Below, piece by piece: positions 13,930 through 27,949 of a stretch of 64,000 nucleotides of DNA. The DNA comes from Octopus sinensis (taxonomy: Eukaryota): the NCBI RefSeq assembly GCF_006345805.1, contig NC_043001.1:14074001-14138000 (forward strand), read 5' to 3'. The notes under the pieces were generated by a model. That model was not told the origin of the DNA, made no database searches, and saw only the letters and a list, made by a program, of their open reading frames with translations. The stretch's first letter is position 1. Each line of letters starts with the position of its first letter. Made by a program: the position numbers and the translations under genes.

Positions 13930-14095
13930 CGACAGGCTTCTTTCAGTTTCCGTCTACCAAATCCACTCACAAGGTATTGGTCGGCCCGGGGCTATAGCAG
14001 AAGACACTTGCCCAAGATGCCACGCAGTGGGACTGGACCCGGAACCACCATGTGGTTGGTTTGCAAGCTACTTACCACACAGCCACTCCTGCGTC
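13655..14095 (-). mobile_element. Family-1 SINE
   Basis: Homologous to 1-442. Confidence 0.8.
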
Positions 14096-15554
14096 TGTTC
14101 ATATACTGTTCATATATTTTTTATAATTTTTGGAATCATTATATTCAGTTAGTTTAGTTGCCTAGAATCGAATAAAAAACATAAAACAATAACCTGCAAA
14201 GTGTTAACGCTGCAATTATAAAATAACGAAACTTTATGATTGGCGATTCAAATCTCACTACCGCCACATAGTTTCCCTTAGCAAAATATGACAGATTTAT
14301 TTTCTAGGGATTACTGATGGAGAAAATAGTAAACTTCCTACGATATATATATTTGAGTGGTTGACGGCGAGAAAAGCATTTGATGTGAAAATAATTCTCT
14401 TATAACATACAGCAAAGTAAAATCGATGTAAAACAATTTTCAAAAATGTTGGTTATATACAAAATTTTATATATTTTCTTCTCTAGAGACGAACACTTAC
14501 AATTCTGCGATACCCTCATGAATTATTCAAATACTCCACTAAATACCATTTAACTTGCAATTTCGATCTCAAACTTTTTCCCAGAATAATTGAAACATCG
14601 CTCACGTTTTATTAAACAGGTATAAGTATACATACCTTCGAATCTATATGAACTTCAACAACACTCCTTTGTGGAATTCTATATTCATTTTTGTATTCAG
14701 TAACACTCCGTTGTATTTTATATGGTGTTCTTCATGCCAAAATGGAAACCGCTTCTTTTAGTAACGATAACATTATCAAGACTTGTAAGGGCAGAACATA
14801 TTTTTCCATTCTGTAGTTTATAATTGGTCAAGTTTTAAAGTTAGGACTTTGTAGCGACGCCTGGTTCTAGACGCCATTGTGGAACATTCATCCACACATG
14901 CGCATAGAATTAGAACTTTCAGCAGCTCGGTTTGACCACCCATTCATCCTCTTCGACCCCGGCTTCTCACCAGACAGGACGCAACTTAGACCAGCTCCGT
15001 GGAGCTGGAATTCTGACGGCGAGCGACGTTGCGAATCTGTAAAAATGCTGTCGTATTTTTTTTCCGGAAAAAGAAAGAAAGAAGTAAGGGAAAAAAGAGG
15101 AAAAAGCTCTTTTACTGAACTGCTAAGTTACTGATACATAAACACCTCAGCATCGGTTGTCAAGTGATGGCGGGGTGACAAGCATAGACACACACATATA
15201 CATATATATATATATATATACGAGGGCTTCTTTCAGTTTTCGTCTCGCAAATCCACTCACAAGGCTTTCATCGGCCCAAAGCTATAGTAGGAAACTCTTG
15301 ACCAAGGTACCACGCAGTGGTAGCGAACCTGGAACCATGTGGCTGAGAAATTTGCCTTTCATCCCTTCGTGGTCGATAAAACATAATACCAGTCAAGTAC
15401 CGGGGTCGATGTAATCGACTTCGCCTTTCGAATAACAAACCCATCGAAGAGGAATGGTGTGATCGCCATCGCCAGACAACCGAGCTCGAGAAAAGAGTCC
15501 CTGAACCACAATGACTTCAAAAGTTATGTTCTTTTCTATTCGGGGCACAAGGCC

Positions 15555-16045
15555 CGAAATTTAGGGGGAAGAGGGCCAGTTGATTTGACGGACCATAGAG
15601 CATAACTGGTACTCAATTTATCGACCCCGAAAGGATGAAAGGCAAAGTCGACTTCGGCGGAATTTGAACTCAGAAGGTAACGGTAGACGAAATATCTATT
15701 TCTTTACTACCCACAAGGGGCTAAACACAGAGAGGACAAACAAGGACAGACAAACGGATCAATTCGATTACATCGAGCCCAGTGCGCAGCTGGTAATTAA
15801 TTTATCGACCCCGAAAGAATGGAAGGCAAAGTCGACCTCGGCGGAATTTGAACTCAGAACGTAATGGCAGACTAAATTAAGTCGTTTATATTGACCCCAG
15901 TGCGTAACTGGTAATTAATTTATCGACCCCGAAAGGATGAAAGGCAAAGTCGACCTCAGCGGAATTTGAACTCAGAACGTAACGGCAGACGAAATACGGC
16001 TACGCATTTCGCCCGGGGTGCTAACATTTCTGCCAGCTCGCCGCC
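15555..16045 (-). mobile_element. Family-2 SINE tandem trimer
   Basis: One complete head at 16045; further monomers restart inside the head, one after tail ...GTAAAGAAATA. Confidence 0.8.
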
Positions 16046-16468
16046 TTATTACAAATATAATATTCTTGCCTCACACTCAAAAGTCAAGAAGGATATTTGC
16101 AACATGTTAAAACATTTACGTACCAATATTATTGTTGGTGAAGTGTGTAGCCTAAAAGGTCTGCATTATATTAACTAAACAAAAAGATTCATTCTCGCTA
16201 TAAGTGAGAAAAAGAAATATTTTTGCAATTGTTATGAAACTTCAGGAAAGAAAGCTAATAAAGGCCTATATTGTATAACGAAACCTCATGCTGTCTTTTT
16301 GTAATAGATTTTCTCTAAATTAGATGTCTGTCTTTCAGAAATACAGCTTAATTTTACTGATTTTAAAGATATGAGTAGTTTCAGATGTTAACATTGGTTT
16401 CTTTAACTGTCTGGTGAGACACAAAGCATTAAAATAAATCAGTGTTGTATATTAAACAGAAATTCGTG

Positions 16469-16787
16469 GTACTCCATCGGTTACGAAGACGAGGAGGTAC
16501 CAGTTGATCCGATCAACGGAACAGCCTGCTCGTAAAGTTAACGTGCAAGTGGCTGAGCACTCCACAGACACGTGTATCCTAAACGTAATTCTCAGCCCTT
16601 TGAAATACAGGTACAACAGAAACACGAAGAAAGAGTGAAAGTTGTGGTGAAAGAGTACAACAGAGTTCGCCACTACCGGAGCTTTAGGTAGTTTTGCTCA
16701 ATAAACACTCACAACGCCCGGTCTGGGTATAGAAACCGCGATCCCGCAATCGCGAGCCCGCTGCCCTAACCACTGGGCCATTGCGCC
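16469..16787 (-). mobile_element. Family-3 SINE, tail a, internally deleted
   Basis: Homologous to 4787-5163. Confidence 0.75.
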
Positions 16788-17404
16788 ATTGCGACAATGC
16801 GACAATTCAGTATTGTATATTAGACAGAAATATGCAATACTTATCTGTCTAAAGGCAGACCTATGAGTTTTCTGTTTTGTTTTTTTATATTTGTTATATC
16901 GCATTTTGCGAACAATAGCGTCGTTGGTTCTATTCATTATATTATTCTATTTATGATAAAGAGACAAACAGACAGAGACTAGTGATTGTTTGAGCGACTT
17001 GTGAAGTTCTCAATCGAACCCATCTGCTTTACCAAAATATGTAATCATTTTCTTCATTTAAATACAAACATTTACTACAAGGTTTCCTGAAATATTCTGA
17101 CGCATTCCAGCTACTACGACACATCGATTAAATGAATAAAGAAGCTGTCTGCTCGTAGAAGACTTGTGAGACAATATCTCCTCATTGTTAGTGAGATAAT
17201 CCGAATATTGAAATGATTTCCATCTGTTAAAGACAAAATACTAACTATTTTCGCACCTGATTCTTCTTTTCAACAAAACACACTCACACACACACACATA
17301 CACACACAGCCTCAACACCTGCCATAGTTGTCAAACTTCAATCTACATTCGTCAACCAATGTACGCACCTATTTCACATAAAAAGCAACACTAAATGGCT
17401 GAGA

Positions 17405-18032
17405 GAGAAGGCAGTCGATTAGATCGACCCCAGTACGCAACTGGTACTTAATTCATCGACCCCGAAAGGATGAAAAGCAAAGTCGACCACGGCGGAATTT
17501 GAACTCAGACCATAAAGACGGGCGAAATACTGCTAAGCATTTCGCCCGGCATGCTAACCTTTCTTATTTCTTTATTGCCCAGGAGGGGCTACACACAGAG
17601 AAGACAAACAAGGACAGACAAACGGATTAAGCCGTTTGCATCGACCCCAGTGCGTAACTGGTACTTATTTAATCGACCCCAAAAGGATGAAAGGCAAAGT
17701 CGACCACGGCGGAATTTCAACTCAGACCATAACGACAGGCGAAATACTGCTAAGCTTTTCGCCCGGCATGCTAACGTTTCTTATTTCTTTATTGCCCAGA
17801 AGGGGCTACACACAGAGAGGACAAACAAGGACAGACAAAGCGATTAAGTCGATTGCATTTTTTTTACTCTATTACTTGTTTCAGTCATGCGTAACTGGTG
17901 CTTATTTAATCGAACCCGAAAGGATGAAAGGCAAAGTTGACCTTGGCGGAATTTGAACTCAGAACGTAGCGGCAGACAAAACACCGCTAAGCTTTCCGTC
18001 CGGCGTGCTAACGATTCTGCCAGCTCGCTACC
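17405..18032 (-). mobile_element. Family-2 SINE tandem trimer joined at site B
   Basis: Junctions GCTAAC(G/C)TTTC|TTATTTC at ~17560 and ~17780. Confidence 0.8.
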
Positions 18033-18613
18033 TTATAATAGCAAATAATGTTAAGCAGGTGGTAAGAGTTTCTTTATGCAGCTGTTTCATGTTTGTTTTT
18101 TCTCTTTTTGTTTTTCAACTGCCATCATGGTTTGGGCTGGTGCACACCGTCCGTTTGCTTTAGAAACGCCTGTCAAACTGTAAAGTGTGGGAAGGTTTTT
18201 GTACTGCACCTTGTATAAATTTAAGATATTCAGTGTTTTACTAATGTGGCCTACGCACGCCAGAATGGAAAACACCAACGTCGAAACGATGACGATAATA
18301 ACAACGAAAGCAATGATGAAGATGACAACGAAGACGACGATGTTAGGAGGAGGGGAAGGAGTGAAGGAGAAGTAGGAGGAAATGATGGCGCTGATATTTA
18401 ATATCGTCTGAACATATTGGAAATACGATAATTAAAATCAGAAAACAAGTGATCACGCTGAGCACAAATCATTGACATATTTGAAACAAATGAGAAGAAC
18501 ATAATGTTAGTAAAAAAAAAACAACACTTAAAAAACGTTACAAACTAAGTCAGGCTTTATTAGTAACTTACTTCGACATTAACAAACCTCAAAATTCGGA
18601 AAATTATTCATAA

Positions 18614-19446
18614 ACTAGCAGCATAGCCCGGCGTTGCCCGGGTATGTAAGAGCCCCTAGTAGGCAACGACTAATCCCAATCTAGTCCTTTCCCTCTAGGG
18701 AACGAAGGCGCATGTGTAGGTTACAATGTCTTCTCTTCACTCGAATACTTCTGTGTATACGATGTTCCTAGCTGTCCCTTTGGGCGAAAACATGAAAACA
18801 TCATTGCGCCTCCCAAGAGAGTTAAAAAGGTCGAGTTGCGTCCCCTAGACAGTCTGTGGTTTGTGTTTAATACACAAATCGGTTTGCTATGTGTGCCACA
18901 TATGATTTAATTAACCAATTTTTTCCAGTAATAAAGTATCCTATTGGAATAAAAAGGGCCATATAGCCCCTTGGAGCAGACATGATGCTCGCTGTGAATT
19001 AAAACAAAAATTCCTGCCAATTTGTGAAAGATATTGTCGAAAATATGTCATCTTGAATTTGAACGCGATTTCCCAAAATGGCATGATTTTATCGATTTTT
19101 TCTGATGGTAAGGTATTGCATGGAAAACTAACGTCAGAATTAAGTTTCTTAGGGTAACATTAAGCTTCACCATGAGTTTGGTGAAAATCGATTGCAAGTT
19201 GCGAAAACTACAACAGAAAATGTGTTGCATATAAAAAGCTTAGATTCTTGACCCCATGTCGAATTTATTGATTGTTTTCAGAACTGGGGGAACTTTTCAA
19301 AATTTTCGCTGCGTTAGTTTTGAATTATGACATTGGGCTATGTGTGTGTCAAGTTTCATCAGAATTGGTTGAAAGCCGTGGTCAGGGTGAGGGTACAACC
19401 TGACAGACACACAGACAGAAAAACTGCCGTTTATATAGAGAGAGAT
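18614..19446 (+). mobile_element. Non-autonomous Helitron-like element (Lep1/DINE-like ends)
   Basis: 5' ACTAGCAGCATAGCCCGGCGTTGCCCGGG; subterminal CAAGTTTCATCAGAATTGG; 3' ACAGACAGAAAAACTGCCGTTTATATAGAGAGAGAT; ends match 54039-54432. Confidence 0.55.
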
Positions 19447-19473
19447 GCAACACACCTCCTCAATCTGTTTTGA

Positions 19474-19770
19474 GGCACATGGCCTAGTGGTTAGAGCAGC
19501 AGACTCGTGGTCGAGGGATCGCTGGTTCGAATCTCAGACCGGGTAATGTGTGTGTTTATGAGTGAAACACCTAAGCTTCACGCGGCTCCGGCAGAAGGTA
19601 ATGAGGAACTTCTGCTGACTATTTTGCCACAACTTTCCCTCACTCTTTCCTCCTGCATCTTGCATCTCACCTGCGACGGACCGGTGTACCGTCCAGGTGG
19701 GAAACCTATACGCCAAGGAAACTAGGAAACCGGCCCTTATGAGCCATGCATGACTCGAGAAGGAACAAAC
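19474..19770 (+). mobile_element. Family-3-type SINE with tail c (...GAAACCGGCCCTTATGAGCC...)
   Basis: tRNA-like head plus family-3 body; second copy at 35829. Confidence 0.7.
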
Positions 19771-19969
19771 ATAATATGTCATCTACGTTACATGTAGGCT
19801 TGACTGTGTGTTTGAGAAGTTCACTTCGTGGCTCTGTAGGTTTGGGCTCTAGCCTACTTCGCGGCAGCTTTGGTAACTTTGAGAAATGTCTTCTAAATTA
19901 GGTTCTTATTTCTAGGGTCAACCAAAGCCATGTGAGTTGACAGAAACCGTGTGGAAGCTTGCTGGAGAG

Positions 19970-20250
19970 GCGGTTGCGCCCTTTTCAAGCCTAGCCAGGC
20001 TCATGGGCCCGGTTTCTATGGCGTATGTGTTCGCCCCAGCTGATCGAGACGCCAGTCCATCGCAGCGTTACTCAAGAAACAGGAAGAAAGAGTGAGAGAA
20101 AGTTGGGGCGAAAGAGTACAACAGGGGTCTCCACCACTCTCTGCCTGGTAGAGCTTTAGGTGATTTCGCTCAATAAACACACACAACGCCCGGTCTGGGA
20201 ATCGAAACCGCGAGTCCGCTGCCCTAACCACTGAGCCATTGCGCCTCCAC
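19970..20250 (-). mobile_element. Family-3-type SINE with tail-c-like end
   Basis: Head GGCGCAATGGCTCAGTGGTTAGGG; tail ...GAAACCGGGCCCATGAGCC. Confidence 0.65.
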
Positions 20251-20334
20251 TTGTCATTGAGTAGTAGACCAAATCTGTCACCAGATCTAACACCACTCCC
20301 TGGCTATTAGGGATCAATAGGGATCGTGGGATAG

Positions 20335-20614
<280 letters not shown>

Positions 20615-21287
20615 GTAGAATAAAGCATCACGTCACACTTTGAAGTGTTTGTTGCAATCGGTTCAGTGGTGGAATAGACGTGCAATGCATGTCCATGACA
20701 AAAACCGGGTCACGTCAAAACCATGTCCTGACCTACACCAGTCGCCTAATTCACTGCAATAAAACCACTTCTCCGGATAAACCCTGGTGACCGGACACAT
20801 CGGTAAATTTATTGTAATACTCTTTAGTTTCTCAATAAAACATTATTTAAACATCGTTCAACATTATTTAAAGATTTTGTTCTTAATATTTCCTTGTAAT
20901 CAATCTGGAATTTTGTTGGGCGTCAGTTTGCGTGAATCATACGCCGTTATATATAAACAATAAACGTCATTAAACAATGTTTAAGTTTGTTTCTTTCTTT
21001 GTGTTATGTAATTTGATACTAAAGTCTAATTAGATTCGGAAAACAGCTCATAAATCTGATGTGTATGTATGTGTCTCTCTCTTTTTGCTGATAATACGTA
21101 GTAAATTTGTAAAGCAAAAGAAAAGAGATGTGCTGTGAAGATACAATGAACTGCCGGCGTGTTTCGTTTATTACTGTACTTTCACTGTCTCTATGAAAAT
21201 GAACGTGTGTGTGTGTTTATATGTATATGTTTGTGTGTATGTATATGCGTATATGTATATATGTGTGTATATGTATGTGTGTATATG

Positions 21288-21328
<41 letters not shown>

Positions 21329-21477
21329 TATATTATATTATATTATATTAAATTAGAGATAAAACCACTATTAGCCAAATCAAATCAAACAATGAAAAAT
21401 TTAAGCCAATACATAATATTAATTAATTTATATATATATCTGTGTATATGTGTATATATGTATGTGTATATGTGTCT

Positions 21478-21542
<65 letters not shown>

Positions 21543-22384
21543 TGTAATCTTACTGGATGTTACTATATGAACACCTTTGGTCACCTGTACACAAGGAAAG
21601 GGGCTGCATATATTAGGCAAAACTGAGCAGGTTGTTCAATAAGAAACTGCGGGTCCCTCATCTGTCGTTTAAGCCAGGAGAGAGTCTACGACTGGCAAAT
21701 ATATATCAGCTTAAAGAAAACGTTGAACGCTTGTTGTGGACTAGAACTGACTGCTCGCAACAAGAATATGCAATATCTTATCAACTTGGCCACTTAACTA
21801 CAAGTCTGAGACAATTTGTCCAACTAACCTTCACAGAAAATGTTCTGGAAAACATGGCCAATAAATTGAGAAAGAAATATTGCTTTTTCTCACTTAGATA
21901 AAGTTTCCTAAACAAAATTTTCTACTAAATAGAAACAATGAAGCATGATTAATTTTGTTGATTTGTATAAACCAAATTCCCATAAATCTAATTGTAATCT
22001 TTATACATGTTATATAATGCTGGGCTTTCATTACTATCAGTACTAGTTTTTTCTTATGGTACAGAGGAGAAAATGTATGAGCATATACGTGTTGTGCGTA
22101 TGTGTGTGCGAGTTTGGGTGAGTGAGTGTAAATGTTAAATTTAAGTTGTTTTCGAAGAAGTGCAGGAATAACAAAGGAATATTCACAGAGATATGTACAC
22201 GCGATATTGGTTTCAAATTTTGGCCCAAGGGCCAGCAGTTTTGTGGGTGGGTGTAAGTCAATGACATTGACCCCAATGCTAGAGCTGGCACTTATTTTAT
22301 CGACCCTCGCCCCACGAAAGGATGAAAAGACAATGTCGACCACGGCGGAATACGGGTGTAAGCAATACTGAGAATGGAATCTTA

Positions 22385-22990
22385 AGGTGGCGAGCTGGCA
22401 GAATCGTTAGCACGTCAGGCGTAATTCTCAGTGGTATTTCGTCTGCCGTTACGTTCTGAGTTCAAATTCCGCCGAGGTCGACTTTGCTTTTCATTCTTTC
22501 GGGTTCGATTAAATAAGTACCAGTTATGCACTGGGGTCGATATATTCGACTTAACCCCTTTGTCTGTCCTTGTTTGCCCCCTCTGTGTTTAGCCCTTGTG
22601 GGTAGTAAAGAAATAGGTATTTCGTCTGTCACTACGTTCGGAGTTCAAATTCCGCTGAGGTCGACTTTGCCTTTCATCCTTTCGGGTTCGATTAAATAAG
22701 TACCAGTTATGCACTGGGGTCGATATATTCGACTTAACCCCTTTGTCTGTCCTTGTTTGTCTCCTCTGTGTTTAGCCCATTGTGGGCAGTAAAGAAATAA
22801 GAATCGTTAGCACGCCGGGCGAAAACGCTTCGCGGCATTTCGTCCGTTTTCACTTTCTGAGTTCAAATCCACCGCGGTCGAATTTTTACCTTTCAACTCT
22901 TCGGAGTAGCTAAAATAAGTACCAGTTGAATACTGAGGTCAATGTAATCGATTTATCCCCCACCACCGACCGGAAACTGCTGGCGTTGTA
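22385..22990 (+). mobile_element. Family-2 SINE tandem trimer using both site A and site B
   Basis: Junctions AAAGAAATA|GGTATTTCG (~22617) and AAAGAAATAA|GAATCGTTAGC (~22800). Confidence 0.8.
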
Positions 22991-23120
22991 CCAAAATTTG
23001 AAACCAATTTTGAGAGTAAAGTTGAATTCCTTGTAAATATTGCGTTGACTAAATTATGGGTTTCTTTATTAAGAAAAAGTATTACATTCACAATTTTTTT
23101 TATTCAGGCGGACATACATG

Positions 23121-23289
23121 ATATTATTTACATTATTTACATTTGACGGATATTTGTCCTCATCCTGTTTGTTGTTAACACAACGTTTCGGCTGATATAC
23201 CCTCCAGCCTTCATCAGGTGTCTTGGGGAAATTTCGAACATGGGTTCTCATCCCTAAGGTATTTTTCGATGCTATTATTATTATTATTA

Positions 23290-23332
<43 letters not shown>

Positions 23333-23407
23333 GAGGTCACTGCCTGAAATCGAACTGGGGATCTTGGGATTATTAGCCCGTGCTCTTAACCACTACGACA
23401 TATGCCC
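23121..23407 (-). mobile_element. tRNA-headed, hammerhead-bearing short retroelement (Penelope-type tail)
   Basis: Minus: GGGCATATGTCGTAGTGGTT (A-box-like)...AGTTCGATTTC (B-box-like), then (AAT)n, a hammerhead, and an AAATAATGT repeat end. Confidence 0.6.
23177..23222 (-). ncRNA. Minimal type I hammerhead ribozyme
   Basis: GACAC-CTGATGA-AGGCTG(gagggtatat)CAGCC-GAAAC-GTT^GTGTT; palindromic AACGTT stem III. Confidence 0.7.
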
Positions 23408-23712
23408 TTGTGCCGAGAGTAGACAAGAATGCTTAGCGGTGTTTCGTCTGTCTTTACGTTGTGAGTTCAAATTCCGTCGAGGTCGACTTTGCTTTCCTTC
23501 TTTTGGGATCAGTAAATTAGGTACCAGTTGCTTACTGTGGTCCATCTAATCGACTGGCCCCCTCATGAAAAATTTCGGGCCTTGTGCGTAGAGTAGAGAA
23601 GAATACTTCATAAATTTCCTAAAACTTCTGCGATTTTTTTTGTTAGTTTATTATTCGTTCCTTTAAGTAATCCAATAAATTTGTGTTCAATAAAAAAATT
23701 AATAAATTAGTA

Positions 23713-23877
23713 GGCGCGGCAGTGGATGTGTGGTAAGTAGGTTGCTTACGAACCTCATAGTTCCGGGTTCAGTCCCACAACGTGGCACCTTGGGCAAGTG
23801 TCTTCTACTATAGCCTAGGGCCTACCAAAGCCTTGTGAATGGATTTGGTAGACGGAAACTGAGAGAAGCCCATCGTA

Positions 23878-23926
<49 letters not shown>

Positions 23927-24140
23927 ATGTGTGTGTCTGTATTTGTTCCCCCAACGTCGCTTAACAACTGATGCTGGTGTGTTTATGTCCCCGTAACTTA
24001 GCGGTTCGGCAAAACAGACCGATAGAATAAGTACTAGGCTTACAAAGAATAAGTCTTGGGGACAATTTGTTCGACTAAAGGCAGTGCTCCAGCATGGCCA
24101 CAGTCAAATGACTGAAACAAGTAAAAGAGTAAAAGAGTAA
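23713..24140 (+). mobile_element. Family-1 SINE
   Basis: Homologous to 1-442. Confidence 0.8.
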
Positions 24141-24529
24141 AAAAAAAGAGTAAACATTTATATACTCTAAAAGTCATTAAAGGCAAAAAAGGGCGTTACT
24201 TCTGCCACACCCTGTATATAATGTGTGAGGGCGCGTGGCGTAGTGGTCAGGGTGTTGCACTCACAATCGCAAGATCGTGATTTCAATTCCCAGACGGAAT
24301 GGGGCGTTGTGTTTTTGAGCAAAACATTTCATTTGACGTCGCTCTACGATCACCTCACACCTGACGCGTGGCACACCGTGCAGCCATTCAGACGAAGTCG
24401 ATTTGATAGAGAAAGGGAGCTAAAGTGCGGCATGGGCATTTGATCACTATAAACGAATTATTCGTGCAGGTCGTTCGGTAAAAAGCTGAATGTTCACACG
24501 TCATCTTCGACGAATGAGTCCGTCTTATG

Positions 24530-25059
24530 CAGGGTGTTCAAAAAGTCTCTCCGCAGTCCCTCAGTCATTGTGTACCCTTCAGCGTGTTGACACGCTAACC
24601 ATTGAAGAACGTACGTTTTTAGTTGAATGGGTGTTTCGAGCAGGAAACAAATACACAGATAATGTGAAACAGAAATTCAGTGAAACTTTCCCAAATGCTG
24701 CTTGTTCGTCATCGTGACACTGTGCAGGGATTTGATAAGAAAATTTAGAAACACAGGCTCAGAGGAAGACGCAGCAAGAAGCAGTAAGCCTACTGTTCTT
24801 TCAGACGAAACACTCTCCAATATTTCTGATAAACTGTTGGTAAGTCCGTCAAAGTCCTTACGCAAATTGTCACGGGAAACGGAAAGCAGCCCAGGAAGTG
24901 CTCACAAAGCAGTAAAAAAGAAATTAAATTTCAACACCACTTATAAAGTTTTTTAAAGTCTTGTAAAGTCTAATATATTCTTTTGTAGTCTTATACCATC
25001 TTGTAAATATTTATTTTGTAATAAAATACTTACTGCTGAGAGGCTTTTTGGACACCCTG
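24530..25059 (+). mobile_element. Internally deleted Tc1/mariner-superfamily transposon
   Basis: TIRs CAGGGTGTTCAAAAAGTCTCTCCGCAG / CTGCTGAGAGGCTTTTTGGACACCCTG with TA on the right; frameshifted N-terminal HTH-like coding (TIEERTFLVE...LIRKFRNTGS...SPSKSLRKLS); no DDE/D region. Confidence 0.75.
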
Positions 25060-25438
25060 TATAACGTAAAGGAATAGGAATGGAATTTTGAATTCGAGCA
25101 AGAATCTAACAAGCTCTCTAGCGTAATCCAAGTTCTGGCTAACCTCATCGAATGACATGCAATAACAGAAAATTGCTTGAAGTAAACGAATAAGACAGTA
25201 TTTCACCCGACAGATAAATCCTGAATCACTTCTTTGGATTTTACACAGTATACAGAGTGTGTATTCAATACATTATTATAAATAGGAACGGAGTATTATA
25301 CATCCTCAAACACTTCTTTATTACAGTATTATATACCATACACTCACTTTAAATCTCAGCCCAACACGTATTTCTACTGCATAGACTTTGGACCCTAGGC
25401 TATTGCAGTACCTGGTCCTGAATTTAGACGGAGTGGAT

Positions 25439-25666
25439 GGCGAGCTGGCAGAATCGTTAGCACGCCGGGCGAAATGCTTAGCAGTATTTCGTCTGCCGCT
25501 ACGTTCTGAGTTCAAATTCCGCCGAGGTTGACTTTGCCTTTCATCCTTTCGGGGTCGATTAAATAAGTACCAGTTATGCACTGGGGTCGATATAATCGAC
25601 TTAATCCCTCTGTCTGTCCTTGTTTGTTCACTCTGTGTTTAGCGCCTTGTGGGTAGTAAAGAAATA
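25439..25666 (+). mobile_element. Family-2 SINE monomer, full length (reference copy)
   Basis: GGCGAGCTGGCAGAATCGTTAGC head, B box, Nin/Deu-like core, tail ...GCCTTGTGGGTAGTAAAGAAATA followed by GGTA. Confidence 0.85.
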
Positions 25667-26629
25667 GGTACCTATGGTACAATACAATGGTAGCTAGTTT
25701 TAGCATTTGTATAAATACTGAATGCCAAAGTTAGGTGTTAGCCCTTCTAGGATTTTCCATTTGTATATTATTATACATATAGATGCGGGACTCTCTCCCT
25801 TTGCTTTAACCTCTTCAATCTTTCTCCCCCCCCCCTCCTCTCTCTTCGCCGCGTGTCCCCTCCTCCTTCCCTCTTCCTTGCCTATAAACAAAATTCTTTA
25901 CACGTGGTTACCACTATTGAAAAAGACTGCCTCCACGCGCTGCTACTACACTTTCGTCCTTGCCAGCCAAAAAGGCTTCTTCGTTCGTCCCCTTGTGTGG
26001 TTAATTCCTGTTATAGTATTTCTGTTATTTTCGTTTTGTAACTAATTGTACTTTTTGTACATGTATTTTTATTTTTGCAGGTTTATTGTTGTCTATGCCA
26101 GAAAAAAGGCTTTTTCGTTCGTCTCTTGTGTTTGTTTTTGTACATGTATTTTAATTTTGCAAGTCTTATTGTTACGTCTTGTTTGTTTCGTACTCATTGT
26201 GCCCCGCTGCTTGAAATTTTATTTTAATTCTCTCGCAGGAAGGCCTATTGGATTAGTGTTCTGTTATGCCTTCGAAACATGCCTGACTCCTCTAGCGACA
26301 GCTGATGACGGGGGTTTTGTCCTTGGTGTAACCTGTCCTGTATTTGGTTTTCGTTTTCCGTTTTCCTGTTTTTGTTTTTTTCTGTTTCTACGTCTTATTG
26401 TGATGTCCTGTACTTCCGTATAATTATTATATATGCATGTATATATACATGTAGATGTAGGTACGTACATATATGTTTGTATGTATGCATATATTTTTAT
26501 TTATTTCCTATATATATATATACATATATATATAATATACATATATATATGTATATTATATATATATTACATATATGTATGTATGTATATTATATCTATA
26601 TATATTATATTATATATATACATGTATGG

Positions 26630-26970
26630 GAGACCCCCTTCGGTCATGAATAACCATGGAATTGCATCTAGAAAGTTACCCTCACCGGGAAAAGCCCGGC
26701 CAAGGTTGTTTATGGAAGACCAGCAGTTGCCAATGCATACTGGCCTCCCCTCTCCACGCCATCAATGCTATCCAAGGGAAAGGCAAAGGGGCCGATACAG
26801 CTTGGCACTATTGACGTCACAGCTCATTTCTACAGCTGAGTGAACTTGAGCAACATGAAATAAAGTGTCTTGCTCAAGAACACAACACGCTGCCCGGTCC
26901 AGTCCGGGTATCGAACTCACAACCACACGATCGTAAGCTCGACGCTCTAACCACTGATCCATGCACCTTC
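26630..26970 (-). mobile_element. tRNA-derived SINE, family 4 (core GTTGTGTTCTTGAGCAAGACACT)
   Basis: Minus head GCATGGATCAGTGGTTAGAGCG...GAGTTCGATACCC. Confidence 0.65.
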
Positions 26971-27279
26971 ACATATACATGTATTATATATATATATATA
27001 TATATATATAAACGATGAATAGTTTGCGTAAACCATTGGTTCGTTTTGTTCTCTTACTTTATCATCATCTTATAATCATCTCATAATAATGACTTTTATG
27101 ACTCGTATTACTACCTCAGTCAATCTAAATGTATATATTTGTTGCTACCTGTCATAAATAGCCTTTTTCTATTGCAATATGCATTTTCGTTGATTTTTCA
27201 TATTTTACCTTACATTTCCACGTGTATTTTATATTTTCTTTTCGTAACATATTTCTACTATATATATATATATATATAT

Positions 27280-27314
<35 letters not shown>

Positions 27315-27917
27315 TAGAGGGCATTATTACACATAAATGCCACACGCTAGGAGGGACTTTTAAAGTCATAACTACCAAAAATAAACAAATCGTACCGAAT
27401 GCAGCTCTCGAAGCAAGAATTTAGTTCCAGATCACCTGTGATTTCGCAATTAACGTATTATCTACGTTTCTTGCTGTTCAGTGAAATGAATTCAAAATAT
27501 ATCATGAATGAACAAAACTAACATACCAGGCGGAACCAGACAGACAAACGTCGCCTCCATCCACACACACATTTATATTAAAAGAAACAAAAAATAAGGA
27601 ATAAAAAATTTGTTGTGAGGATTGAAGCGAAAGCGTCAAACGTGAAGTAATATTTATAAACTTAAAAAGCACTTATCAGTACAAGCGGTCTGTATGTGTG
27701 TGTATATATAAATTGCATATACGTATACAAAGACATCTGTGTACATGTATATGCATGTGTGTATATGTAAGCATATGTGTACATATATATGTGTGTACAT
27801 GCATGTATATGTAAGTGTATGTGCATATGAATGCTCGCATATGTATATATACATATAGGTATGTGTATATTTAAATGCTTACTTCTGTGTGTATGTGCGT
27901 GTATGAATGTGTGTGAA

Positions 27918-27949
<32 letters not shown>

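Noticed and set aside
15555-18032. Regularly repeated ~170-210 bp units superficially like a CRISPR array or satellite
   Set aside because: The units are SINE monomers with no unique spacers, in a eukaryotic context.
26240-26340. CTGATGA and GAAAC motifs suggesting a hammerhead
   Set aside because: The core elements are in the wrong order and do not flank a common stem II.
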